64,000 nt of DNA, taken from positions 186,001 through 250,000 of the forward strand of contig JAQOWU010000007.1 in assembly GCA_030867685.1 (NCBI GenBank), read 5' to 3'. The position numbers and the translations under genes are program-made. Positions 44,443 to 55,080 of the stretch are shown here, piece after piece. The notes beneath the pieces were generated by a model that ran no database searches, had not been told where the DNA came from, and saw only the letters and a program-made list of their open reading frames with translations. How positions within the stretch are numbered: position 1 is the first letter of the stretch; every line of letters begins with the position of its first letter. This DNA is from Wickerhamiella versatilis. Lineage: Eukaryota.

Positions 44443-45087
44443 GACTGTTTATCAGGATGATGTCGTGAGTGCGCGTTGTGCCAGTGGTCTAGATTTAAAA
44501 TAATTATAAATATCACGCGATTGATGACGAATATTTGTAATGGTGCAGCAGTGGACACTGTCTGACATAGATACCAGCACCAGGACATTGGCATCACGAA
44601 ATAGTTAGACGATACCTAATTAACTTGCTGAAGTTTGCGTTTACACTGCTTAAAACTGGGCAAGTCCATAATATCGGGTCTAAGATTCCGCACCTTGGTC
44701 GATCATTAGAGAAAAAGAGATACTTTGCCGCTTTAGACACAAAGTTCGTGACTTTTTAGGACCTTTCGATACTATAATTTCACAGTGTAAGTTTAATATT
44801 CGCCACGCCTTTTTCTAATATAGTATAGTCGAAAAAGAATTAGGGCGTCAACCGTAGCTCCATGCAACTCTTGGCAAGGTTTGGTGTCGATGTAACAAAG
44901 ACCGGCAGTAAGATCTATAGTTATTTTTACTTACCACAAGACCTACTGTATTGTTATACATGCAAGTGATGTCATCAAGTTCCCGCATTCCAGCTTGGGT
45001 AAGAAGAGTAAATGAATAACCACCTATGAATCAGAATGCTTATATGGCTAGCATGAGAAAAACTTGTTTTCATAATATTAAAGCATC

Positions 45088-46584
45088 ATGTACCGTCGTC
45101 CTATTGCATCCTCGATAGGGATTATATCAAGTACCCTGCTAATTACTGCGCACACAATGAGAGTGAGTCTTGAGACTGGAACTGAAATCTCGGTCAAAGA
45201 ACTGAAGGAGCATAATAAGCCAAACGACTTGTGGATCAGCGTAAACGGCAGAGTATATGATCTAACAGACTTTAGTAAAATTCATCCCGGCGGGGCAAAA
45301 ATACTTCAGAAGTATGCGGGGTGCAATGCCAGCAAAATTTTCAACAAATACCATGCAAGTGACATTCCTGAAAAATTATTGAAACCAGTGCACCAATTAG
45401 GGGTGTTGAAGGGTGACCTCACGGATGCTGGTGACGTGACAGAGAGTGGAGATTATGGAAAGCTCAACGCGTATCGTACTAATGTTCCCCAGATTGGCCA
45501 GCTGTTAAATCTCAATGACTTTGAACATATAGCCAGACACATTCTACAGCCAATAGTTTGGTGTTTCTACGCTGCTGCAGCGGAGGATGAAGTCACTTAT
45601 CGAGAAAATATCAATGCTTATCGCCGCATATTTTTCAAGCCTTATGTATGTCGCGATGTAAGGGATATTGATTTATCAACAGAGATGTTGGGTGCTAAAT
45701 TGGCGGCACCATTTTATTGCTCCGCATGCGCGCAGGCAAAGCTTGGACATTATGATGGAGAGCTGGGTATTGCACGTGGTTGCGGTAAAGAAGGTATCGC
45801 ACAGATGATTTCCAGTAATGCATCGTACCCTATGTCTGAGATTGCTGGACAGGTTCCGGGGCAGGTTCAATGGTTCCAGCTGTACACATCTGACGATAGG
45901 CAGGTATCATTAAATCGTATAAAAGATGCTGAACAGAGAGGCATGAAAGGAATCTTCGTGACTGTCGATAGTCCTGAAGTAGGTCGGCGTGAAAAGCATA
46001 TGAGAGTTTTTGCGGAGCTAGATCTTAATGACAATTTCGAATCTTCGAAGGAGGCGAGAGATTACAATCCACATGGCAGAGCATTCCCTGTCACATGGGA
46101 TGATATAGACCTTTTCAAGTACTCCACGAGCCTACCTATTGTACTTAAAGGTGTTCAACGTGCTGATGATGTTGTACGGGCGGCAGAACATGGTATCAAA
46201 GCTGTTGTCTTGTCCAATCATGGAGGAAGACAGTTGGATTTTTCTCAAGCGCCTATACAGGTTCTGGCTGAAGCCAGACCGATGCTAGACAAGCGCAACT
46301 TGAATATAGAAATATATGTTGATGGTGGGGTACGCAGGGGGTCAGATATACTGAAAGCGCTAGCCCTGGGAGCCAATGGTGTTGGTATTGGCCGTCCTTT
46401 TCTATATGCTAACTCGGCATATGGTGAGGCTGGCGTACGTAGAGCATGTGAAATGCTAAAAGAAGAGATGATGACTGACATGCGTTTACTAGGAATCACC
46501 AAAGTTGCCGATCTCACACCAGATATCCTGGATACGCGTGGCCTATTCCTTCGTGATCTAACTGTAGATACCAATGGTACCTGA
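45088..46584 (+). CDS. Flavocytochrome b2-like FMN alpha-hydroxy acid dehydrogenase (Cyb2 paralog)
   Basis: b5 domain (HPGG), WFQLY, TVDSP, LKGVQ, SNHGGRQLD, DGGVRRGSD, GRPFLY. Alternative ATG at 45157. Confidence 0.88.
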   Translation: MYRRPIASSIGIISSTLLITAHTMRVSLETGTEISVKELKEHNKPNDLWISVNGRVYDLTDFSKIHPGGAKILQKYAGCNASKIFNKYHASDIPEKLLKPVHQLGVLKGDLTDAGDVTESGDYGKLNAYRTNVPQIGQLLNLNDFEHIARHILQPIVWCFYAAAAEDEVTYRENINAYRRIFFKPYVCRDVRDIDLSTEMLGAKLAAPFYCSACAQAKLGHYDGELGIARGCGKEGIAQMISSNASYPMSEIAGQVPGQVQWFQLYTSDDRQVSLNRIKDAEQRGMKGIFVTVDSPEVGRREKHMRVFAELDLNDNFESSKEARDYNPHGRAFPVTWDDIDLFKYSTSLPIVLKGVQRADDVVRAAEHGIKAVVLSNHGGRQLDFSQAPIQVLAEARPMLDKRNLNIEIYVDGGVRRGSDILKALALGANGVGIGRPFLYANSAYGEAGVRRACEMLKEEMMTDMRLLGITKVADLTPDILDTRGLFLRDLTVDTNGT

Positions 46585-46990
46585 CCGAGCAATAAGAGGC
46601 CATTCCAACCATCATTGTACCCAGAAGTGTTTTTCGTAAAGCAAGAATAATAATAAGGCTCGCTGCAGGTGAGTAGTGTATCTAGCATCACCTGGTCTCC
46701 ACAATTGCATTCTTTTATTCATATAAGGTTGAGATATTGTAATATAGCATAACTCTTCTGTAGCATATGAGAAGAAGTCTCTGTATTGCTGATAACATCC
46801 TCAATCATTTCTCTGATCAATTTGCGTCGAAACTCAATATAAATCTCTTAGGTGTTAAGTTATTTTTATTTTCAATTAAGGGCATCAACAAGCATTCCAC
46901 TCGGGAGAGTTCAGCAGTCTATATCTATCTATCTGAGATTAGTAGGCGTGTTCCGAAGATTATTAGTAATCAATTAGAACCGCGGCTCGC

Positions 46991-48049
46991 ATGAGATTGC
47001 AATTACGCGAATACTACCCACTGAGCATGTTGAATACTCTCTTTATGATATCAATTTCATCACTTTACACCACGTCAGCCTCACCATCAGATTATATCCC
47101 TCCTGCGTTTCCTTATCCTCATATCGGATTCAATCTTACTGAATGGGTGGACCACTACAATAATTATCAAGATGCTACCACCAATAACTTAAGCATTGGT
47201 GAATTGGCGCTGAGCTCTCCCCATATTAGTATCGATGCAAACTTGTTGTTTTTGAACTTGAGCGATTTGCCGGGTCTAGGAACATCGTTTGACACTGTTA
47301 CTGGTATCAGAGATAGCCAGCTGCGGTGGTTTGTCGAAGCCCCTAATCGCACCGAAACTGATCCAGTTATATTATATTTTCATGGTGGTGGATATATCTG
47401 GGGCCTTTTCCCTCAATTTCTTCGTGTGCTAGAGGAAATCTACGAAGGGGTCAACAGCCCAAATTTATCTATACTTATGCTCGACTATACCTTAACTGAG
47501 GATGAAAAATTTCCGTATCAGTTGAAAGAGGCAGCCGCCGTTTACAATGCCCTGTTGACGACTACTAGTAACATAATATTACTAGGTGATTCATCTGGCG
47601 CTCACCTTGCAATAGAACTTCTCGCCCATATGCACCGACCTTTCCCAACTGTACCGAAACTGCCTTTGAACACGGCTGTCAAAGCCTTAGCAGCGTTGTC
47701 TCCTTGGGTAGACTGGAATGTAAACTCGACCGATGCAAAGCTTTATAACATGATGGGAATCGAAGCATGTTCTAATGAAACTCTCTTGAAATCTCGCTGC
47801 GTGAATATTGGGACAGATACTGACTTGCCGTGGAACAAGGTGCTTCCCCCCGATGTGTTTGTGACATATGGTGAAACTGAGCCTTTAAGAGCCAGTATAG
47901 AAAAATTCGTTGAAATCGCTGGAATCAGTAATAGCAGCGTTTACATGGAGCCGGAAGGTATTCATGATGGGATACTTAACGAAGTAAATAACGGACCTAT
48001 ATTACCGCGGTTAATTACCTTCCTCAAAAAAGCTATCAATGTTAAGTAG
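46991..48049 (+). CDS. Alpha/beta hydrolase (Say1/HSL-like esterase), probably secreted
   Basis: HGGG oxyanion motif, GDSSG nucleophile, SPW, E...H triad region. Signal-like stretch from ATG 47027. Confidence 0.8.
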   Translation: MRLQLREYYPLSMLNTLFMISISSLYTTSASPSDYIPPAFPYPHIGFNLTEWVDHYNNYQDATTNNLSIGELALSSPHISIDANLLFLNLSDLPGLGTSFDTVTGIRDSQLRWFVEAPNRTETDPVILYFHGGGYIWGLFPQFLRVLEEIYEGVNSPNLSILMLDYTLTEDEKFPYQLKEAAAVYNALLTTTSNIILLGDSSGAHLAIELLAHMHRPFPTVPKLPLNTAVKALAALSPWVDWNVNSTDAKLYNMMGIEACSNETLLKSRCVNIGTDTDLPWNKVLPPDVFVTYGETEPLRASIEKFVEIAGISNSSVYMEPEGIHDGILNEVNNGPILPRLITFLKKAINVK

Positions 48050-49126
48050 AAGCCTTAGACGCTAATTTCACTAAAATACTCATTATATTGCTATAACTGT
48101 ATGACCCTGAAAGGTTCAAACAAGTAAAATCACGGTGAATGTTAGACCTGCTCTTCGAATCAGAAAATATCGATTGATCACTGAAGTGCAATTTCTATGT
48201 TTATCAATAAGTTGTGTTCGCGGGCAGATTTTGGATAAATTTCTTCTGAAGCTACTTCTCACACTCTCGGGTATAATTATGCGGATAGAGCTTTCCAACG
48301 AAAGGGAGTAAAGCCTAGAGTGGATTGGCAAAAAGAAGACAAGCATTCTTGTCCCAAAAAAAGTGATGGTGAAGATTTCTAGCGGTCAACTAAACTAATA
48401 AGTGTTGATTAAGGCTCGATGCTTTGGCTAAATAATCATAATACGCATTTGATAGGTACCATGATCGTCGCAAATTTACGTGGGAAGTGTGAGAAAAACA
48501 CTGACTATAAAACCTAGCGATCACCTGGAAACTTTCTTATCAAATTATTTTGTGTAATTCAAGACATATAACTTATATGCGATGCACGTGGAGCCTATCA
48601 TTTTTCACTAATAATGCTGGCTGTGAATGCTGGATATTCAATCCATATTCCTCTATGATCGTGTGTACCATGAATGACAGCGAAATACCTCAACTCTTAT
48701 TTCAGTATATGTTACTCCTGCAGATAGCATAAAGCTACCATCAGTCGAGAGTTGTCGCACAACACTAGTTTCGACTTGGTCTAATTAAGATTATCTGACG
48801 TTGCTGCCCTGTTTTAGTAGACCCTAGCCTGAATTTACAGATCGTCATAGCTTACGAAATAAGAATAAATATAGGTGCAGCAAATCTGGTAATGAAGCTT
48901 TCATTTCAGCAATACTTTAGGGGGTGTAAAATTCTCTTCATTTAGGCAAATTATTATCCGGACGCATTTTGGACAAAATTGCTCTGGTATCGAGATATAT
49001 TTCTCACGCGATGGCATACCCCGGTACATCACTTAATAAGTGATCATCGTAGTCTGTGTTATTTAGAGATAAATTAGATCTAGGAGGTACGAACCTCGCC
49101 TCTTAAGGACCTATCACAAATTCCAG

Positions 49127-50419
49127 ATGTATAAGCTCCTAGTTGCCGCAATCCTCGGTTGCAGCTTTGGAGCACCCGAAGCAAAGCGTAATACAGGCAA
49201 TGTAGTAGAGATATCCCTTAATCGTGGGAACACAACTGTGCGCAAACAGTATGCAGGTTCTCAATCATCAGGAAAAGATAAACGTTTCGAAATTCCGTCC
49301 TATGATGAACAGGGAACGACTACGTCCTTAGAAGCAACCACTACCTCATCCTCTGATACTAGTGGCCCAACAGGAGATCTCAATTATACTGTCTCTCGCT
49401 ATTTCTTGGACTATGAAATCGCTGGTCAAAAATTGACGGCTATCCTCGATACCGGAAGTACCGTCAATGTTTGTTTTCTCAAAGACCTTGAAACTCTTTT
49501 CTATAATGCTTTTGATCCGTCAAAATCTTCCACTTATGAGTGGATGAACAATAATTTTACCGCTGCGTATGGTACCGGCAGTAATAAGATTGCCGGTACT
49601 TGGGCTAAGGATACTGTGACAGTAGGTGGTGCATCTGTAGATGACTACCAATTCGCCATGTTAAATAAATCTGTCGAGACTTTTGAGGAAAATAGGGGTA
49701 TTTTTGGACTGTCGCTAAAGCAATCAGAAACGTCTGAAAATAAGTATCCCACTTTCCCGGAACGACTGAAATCTCAAGGAACCATTTCATCAAACTCATT
49801 TAGTTTGTACACTGCAGATCCCGGCGAGATCAATCTCGTTAATGAAGAGCCTTCCGCTCCAGGAAAGTTGCTTTTTGGCGGTGTTGATCTGGCTAAGTGT
49901 GATGGACCACTGTACACTGTACCCTGGTCTACGACACCAGTTTTAAGTGATCGTTACTATACTATTGATACAGAGGTTAATGGAGTGGAGTTCACGGGCA
50001 TATGGGATACCGGTACGGCTGAAATTCTTTTGCCAGAGCATCTTGCTGAAAGTGTTGCTCACAAATACGGATATTATTTTGATTTGTTAGGCTCAATTTA
50101 TATTAAGTTTGGCCCTACCAACATGAAAAATCAAGAAGGCTTGACTTTCAATTTTTCCGGTGTCAATGTCACGGTTCCTGCGGAAAAACTCGTTGTCGCG
50201 GATTTCGGATTTATGTCTATCCTCGGTGTCGGCAAGGCTATTCAGGATAAAAACTATACATTGAGCATACTTGGTGATCCTATTATGCGCCAGCTCAATT
50301 TGGTATTTGATATCGATAATAAGCAGTACGGAATATCGAACATCAAGCACACCTCTGATACAGATGTTCAAGCTGTGACCGACTCTATTCCCGGATCAGT
50401 TCCGGCACCAGGAGCTTAG
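49127..50419 (+). CDS. Secreted pepsin-family aspartic protease, paralog of 21306..22565
   Basis: Signal peptide, KR, DTGS and DTGT. Shares WAKDTVTxGxASV and ILGDPIMRxLNxVFDxDNKQY with the paralog. Confidence 0.9.
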   Translation: MYKLLVAAILGCSFGAPEAKRNTGNVVEISLNRGNTTVRKQYAGSQSSGKDKRFEIPSYDEQGTTTSLEATTTSSSDTSGPTGDLNYTVSRYFLDYEIAGQKLTAILDTGSTVNVCFLKDLETLFYNAFDPSKSSTYEWMNNNFTAAYGTGSNKIAGTWAKDTVTVGGASVDDYQFAMLNKSVETFEENRGIFGLSLKQSETSENKYPTFPERLKSQGTISSNSFSLYTADPGEINLVNEEPSAPGKLLFGGVDLAKCDGPLYTVPWSTTPVLSDRYYTIDTEVNGVEFTGIWDTGTAEILLPEHLAESVAHKYGYYFDLLGSIYIKFGPTNMKNQEGLTFNFSGVNVTVPAEKLVVADFGFMSILGVGKAIQDKNYTLSILGDPIMRQLNLVFDIDNKQYGISNIKHTSDTDVQAVTDSIPGSVPAPGA

Positions 50420-51355
50420 ATGCGAAAGACAAATAGTAACGAGCAATTATTTCATGGAGCTATGTTCAGTCTTCATTTTAAACCGGAGAATCTGGAAATA
50501 TCAGCACGTAATGTAACTTTTATAAGCATTTAAACTCGTATTATATTTGCCTTTTTGCTACTCTATGATTAGAAATCGTGTAAAAGCAGGCTGCTTTCCA
50601 ATTGACTCTTTTTTCGAATTCTTTGTCCTCAGTTTCTGTCGGTTGTGGGCCTTCCCCAGACAGACTGTTGCTACACAGTTGTTATTTCTGAATGCAGCTA
50701 CTCGTCTTGCTTGCTGAATAGCTTTTCTACGTCGATATGCTCCTCTAACCATGTATCTAATCACTGCAAGAAAGTGAAAATGAGCTGTCAAGTAGAAGTT
50801 CAGGATGTCAACGATTGATAGAGTTATGCGTTGTCGCTGCATCGTCAGCATTCGCATATAGTGAGTTCAGCGCTTGGAAAAATAGCAGTGAGCAGCTAAG
50901 TATGTAGAAGTATTTCAAACCAGCTGCGAAAGTCACGATCATATTTATGGACATAAGAACAATACCCATCAAGACACTTGTAATGCTAGTTTAGATGCAC
51001 TACCGCCTTCACATGATTCATTATATAGCGATTTACATAGCTCTAAAACCGTTTGCTGCTATAAGCACTGACTGATGAGGAGCTTAGAACCGAACATCAT
51101 CGAATGACAGAGGAGCCCTCTGAACTAGGCTGCACAGAAAAAGTGCTTTAAGCGCCAGATCAAATATATTTTCTTCATTATAGGGAGAATTGAAATAAAG
51201 GAATCAGATGTCGAAGATTGTCGATAAAATTAGCTGGTCCGGTCATGACTTAGTTCAGATAAGCAGATATTAACCTCAATAGTATAAACTCACAGTATAA
51301 AAACTTTTTTACAGCTATCTAAAAGCTTTCTGCTATATAAGTGCTGTTTGGGTGG

Positions 51356-53161
51356 CTACTGCAGTATATCTTTCAGTTTCGAGTGTATCTCAGTTGTGTT
51401 GCCGCGACGAGCAAACCACCGTTTTGCCGTAGATATGTCCTTCATAACTGCATCCCGTTGATCCTTGAATGTGTCGTAAGCAAACGTTATAGTAGGAATT
51501 TGCTGCTGATCTTCAGTAACTGGTTGGTATGTGTTGAAGCCCAATTCATGTATACCGGTCGATCCCGTATTTGGCGAGGGCCAGCTAAGATGATTAAATG
51601 ACGGAGCTATGCCATAATTTGCCTCAGAAAATATTGCGAACTTTGGAGCCTGGTTCATCGGGATAAACCCCATCTGAGCATCAAAGAGCATCTCCGCAAT
51701 CGCAGGAACTCCAGGGTATTTTTTTTCCAGATCCTTGACCATCGTTTTCAAGCCAAGAAGCATATCACCATCCAGATTGTTCTCCCAGAGACCACATATA
51801 TCAAGGAAGTAAGCATCAACACCGTAATGGTCAATCTTGCTTGCAATCCTATTGTACAAGTGCTCTCGCCAACTTGGTACAGCCAGATTCATATAGACCA
51901 TAGAACCATCAGAATGATGCCGATCACCATCCCAGTCAGGAATATCACCGGGAAATGGATCTTGATAAAGTGTTCGCAGCTGCGCGTTGGATACATTTCT
52001 GAAGCTTGGCATGCTAGGGTCAGCAGAGTTACTACCAAACATCAAGGCGAAATGATATCCAAGCTTGTGGCCCTCAGTTATCAGCTCAGAGAAACCGGCC
52101 TCCCCGCCAGGAAAGTCGCCAATCTCATAGGTAGGATACGAGTAATAATATCGACCATCCCATCCCGTGACAAACACCATAACATTTCGAGGATCAATTT
52201 GTGTGGAAACCCACTTTAATATATCTAACTGCTGCTTGAAGGAGTTGTGAACAAATCCGGTCCAGTGCTCTCCATGAAGAGTTACCACAAGAGAAATATT
52301 CCGCATCCAGTCTGGTGCATCTTTGCGGGTCGAAAAGCTCTCCCACTCCCAGTTTCTTGCTACTTCCTTAAAATGGGTATCCGCAATATCTTTAAAATCA
52401 TTTTTAGGCCCAACAATTCTCCACACAGCGCTCTCAATTGTTGACTTCTTCTGCCATCCTGCTTGTTCGTACACCAGGTCAACCTTATATGACTTTGAGC
52501 CCGGGAAAAAGGCAAAACGTGCTGGCCTCACTTCTTTTTGGATAGAAGATATGCCCCAGAACAAGCCATTATCAGACTTGACTGCCATGAGAGGGGTCCC
52601 CATCGCATTATTTATATATGGATACTCATATACAAGCTCGTTCTCACCGGGATCACTCCAATCCTCTGCAGCTGAGGATATATTCCCTCGGGGGAAGTTT
52701 CTTAAAATTGTTTTGATGCTTTTGATCTTGTCTCCATTTGGCAAAGAGCCATTGACTTGCCATTCAATATATCCTTCCTTGGTGGTATATATGTGGGCTA
52801 AAACATTACCTGAAGCCCTTTGCTGGCCACCGGCCCAAGTTAACCCTGTGGAATTGAGGCTAATTCCACTGGAGTTCCTATGAACAACGGTCGAATTTGG
52901 GTCCAGACCATAGTTTTTACTGAAAGAGATAATTTCAAACCCAAACAGAAAGCCGGCATACGGTACCGAGGGTTCAGGATTCGGGTAGCTAAACTTCATT
53001 TGGCTAGTACCTTTCGGCGGTGTAAACACATCGTCAATAGAAGTCACGTTCTGCAGCTCATATTGTTTGTCATTTGCGTTGAGAAATGAAGCATCCGGGC
53101 TTGATCTTATCACAGCCGCGGACACTACAAATATGTTGACAGCAAACCGCAGCCAGTTCAT
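51356..53161 (-). CDS. Secreted putative glycoside hydrolase of unassigned family
   Basis: Signal peptide and N-glycosylation sequons. Beta-rich N-domain, then a TIM-barrel-like region (GWDGRYY, GGEAGF, YMNL-x3-WR, YGVDAYFLD, AEM). Confidence 0.65.
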   Translation of the reverse strand: MNWLRFAVNIFVVSAAVIRSSPDASFLNANDKQYELQNVTSIDDVFTPPKGTSQMKFSYPNPEPSVPYAGFLFGFEIISFSKNYGLDPNSTVVHRNSSGISLNSTGLTWAGGQQRASGNVLAHIYTTKEGYIEWQVNGSLPNGDKIKSIKTILRNFPRGNISSAAEDWSDPGENELVYEYPYINNAMGTPLMAVKSDNGLFWGISSIQKEVRPARFAFFPGSKSYKVDLVYEQAGWQKKSTIESAVWRIVGPKNDFKDIADTHFKEVARNWEWESFSTRKDAPDWMRNISLVVTLHGEHWTGFVHNSFKQQLDILKWVSTQIDPRNVMVFVTGWDGRYYYSYPTYEIGDFPGGEAGFSELITEGHKLGYHFALMFGSNSADPSMPSFRNVSNAQLRTLYQDPFPGDIPDWDGDRHHSDGSMVYMNLAVPSWREHLYNRIASKIDHYGVDAYFLDICGLWENNLDGDMLLGLKTMVKDLEKKYPGVPAIAEMLFDAQMGFIPMNQAPKFAIFSEANYGIAPSFNHLSWPSPNTGSTGIHELGFNTYQPVTEDQQQIPTITFAYDTFKDQRDAVMKDISTAKRWFARRGNTTEIHSKLKDILQ

Positions 53162-53879
53162 TGCCGGAGAAGCTGAAACAGCGGCTGCTTAAGTACTGTG
53201 GGGTAAGCCCTTGATGTCTAACATTGGCGTATATTCAGATCGTTTAGTCATCTGCCCAGAGCATGATCGACGGAGGCATGCAAAAAACGCTGGCAGCCAT
53301 CAATAAAGGTTAAATAGGAGGTATAACTAATATATATAACTAATATATTAGCATAATTATTAATTAATAGCTTATAGGGACTTTCTAGAAAGGCTCGTGC
53401 ACCAATATATTTCGGATCGACGTCATGTTAGTGTTTTGTGGTAATTGTAAGCGAATGCTTCGATATATTAGTCATCCTGTCTTGTGATTCGCTTAATCTT
53501 TCGAACGTAGCTTATGAACTGCATCTAATGTTAAATTTCATTGCATTTTGATTGTGATCTTGCGCTGGCCTAGGCTCTCTGGTAAGTTAACTCTTGTTGT
53601 CTGCCCCAAAGCAACAAAAAGTATATCCTTTGGTTATAAATCGATACTTTACGCAGTGGGATGCGAAATCAGGATTCCATTATAGTGAGGCGAGACAATC
53701 CACTAGGTTGAACAGATCAGATAACTGTTGCAGAACTCGTAAGTTAGTTAGGTTTCTAGTCACTTTGTTTGATAATAATGTAATAATTGTGCCCCACATA
53801 AGAATCGATCCTTCTGAGCAATGCTCTAAGACGACTTTTTTTTGAATAATTTACAGGTATATTTTCGTCATCCCATGGC

Positions 53880-54245
53880 CTGAACAGTAGCGCCACACTC
53901 TTAATGGGGTTCAACACCTGCAATGAAGTTGAATGTTCACCGAGCAATACCCACTTTCATGAATTTCGTCATGCGCTAATAGATCGAGGATCTCTCGATT
54001 CATACCACGCATACTTTCAAGTCGACTGTTGTTGGCAGTGGCTTGAAAGAGATGCCTCTGGTGCCATAACATACGACGACATGGCCTTCCCTCATGGCAT
54101 AAACCCACTGAGCGATCTTGCAAAAAGCGTAGAATGCATATAAATCGATGTATACAGACCTTTGTGAACATTGGTGTGATACCCAAACAGTAAGGCTAAG
54201 AACAGGATCGCTTGGATCCAAAAAGGACTATGCTGCAGCTTTTCT
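53880..54245 (+). pseudogene. N-terminal relic of GH27 alpha-galactosidase
   Basis: LMGFNTCNEVEC...YFQVDCCWQWLERDASGAITYD-x2-AFPHGI-x2-LSD, then CDTQ...RTGSLGS after a stop/frameshift. Confidence 0.8.
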
Positions 54246-54930
54246 ATAACATTCGGCACTTATCAGTAAAATTCTTTAGTTAATAATTGCATCAGCTAGA
54301 TATAGTATTTTTCAGTTCTGGTAAGTTAGACGAAATGAGGATCCATAGAAGATATGATACTTCCACAAATTCCCGAAATTAAGTCGTTTCCTGATGCTAA
54401 TTGACGGACCACTCGCTTCTAACCGGGTCTTAGAGATACTTCTCATTGATAATTTTGAAATGCCTGACTCATATCTCCATATAGTTTCAGACTATATAGA
54501 TCAGAATTTAGTTAAAGTTAAAGAGTTAGCTACTCTCCTCTCACGTTCGGACAAAATATATACTTAGGTAATCGCGAAGCACTTGTGGACGAAGATAAGG
54601 TCCCTTTAAAATAGCCATTCATGAAGTTCAAGGCGTACTGAGAATGTACGATACGACAAATGTGTGCTTACGTGTACTAAGCACCAAGGTAGGGTAGAAC
54701 CCTTTGCCTATATGCATAATGTCGGAGAATTATAGGCTTACTGAATCACTATAACATGTAGGACTTGTAGTGCTTATTTCTTTCCAAGTGCGTTAATATA
54801 CACACTTCCAGAGGTTATACTCTATATACCAAGTAATCCCGGCATATACGAGGATTGGGCGTCGAACAGGTATCTTACGCATAGCTTACTAACGCATTTT
54901 AGCATCGGCGCAGAGCTACCTGAACCGTCT

Positions 54931-54943
54931 CGGATTAACTCGG
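54931..54943. promoter_or_regulatory. CGG-N7-CGG direct repeat (Aro80-type zinc-cluster site candidate)
   Basis: cggattaactcgg about 140 bp upstream of the decarboxylase ATG. TATAAA at 55006. Confidence 0.35.
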
Positions 54944-55080
54944 AATTTCCCTCCCGGGTAGCGGGAGTCGGGGAGCGGGATCCAGTTCAAAAGTCTTCTG
55001 GTCTGTATAAAGCTGGCCCGATCTCCAGAGAAATTAACATTTTAATATTCTATCGGTGGTCTAATATTAACCAGTTCCAA

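Noticed and set aside
46582-46650. Possible read-through extension of the Cyb2-like C-terminal tail
   Set aside because: Similarity to the Cyb2 tail is too weak to call a premature stop.
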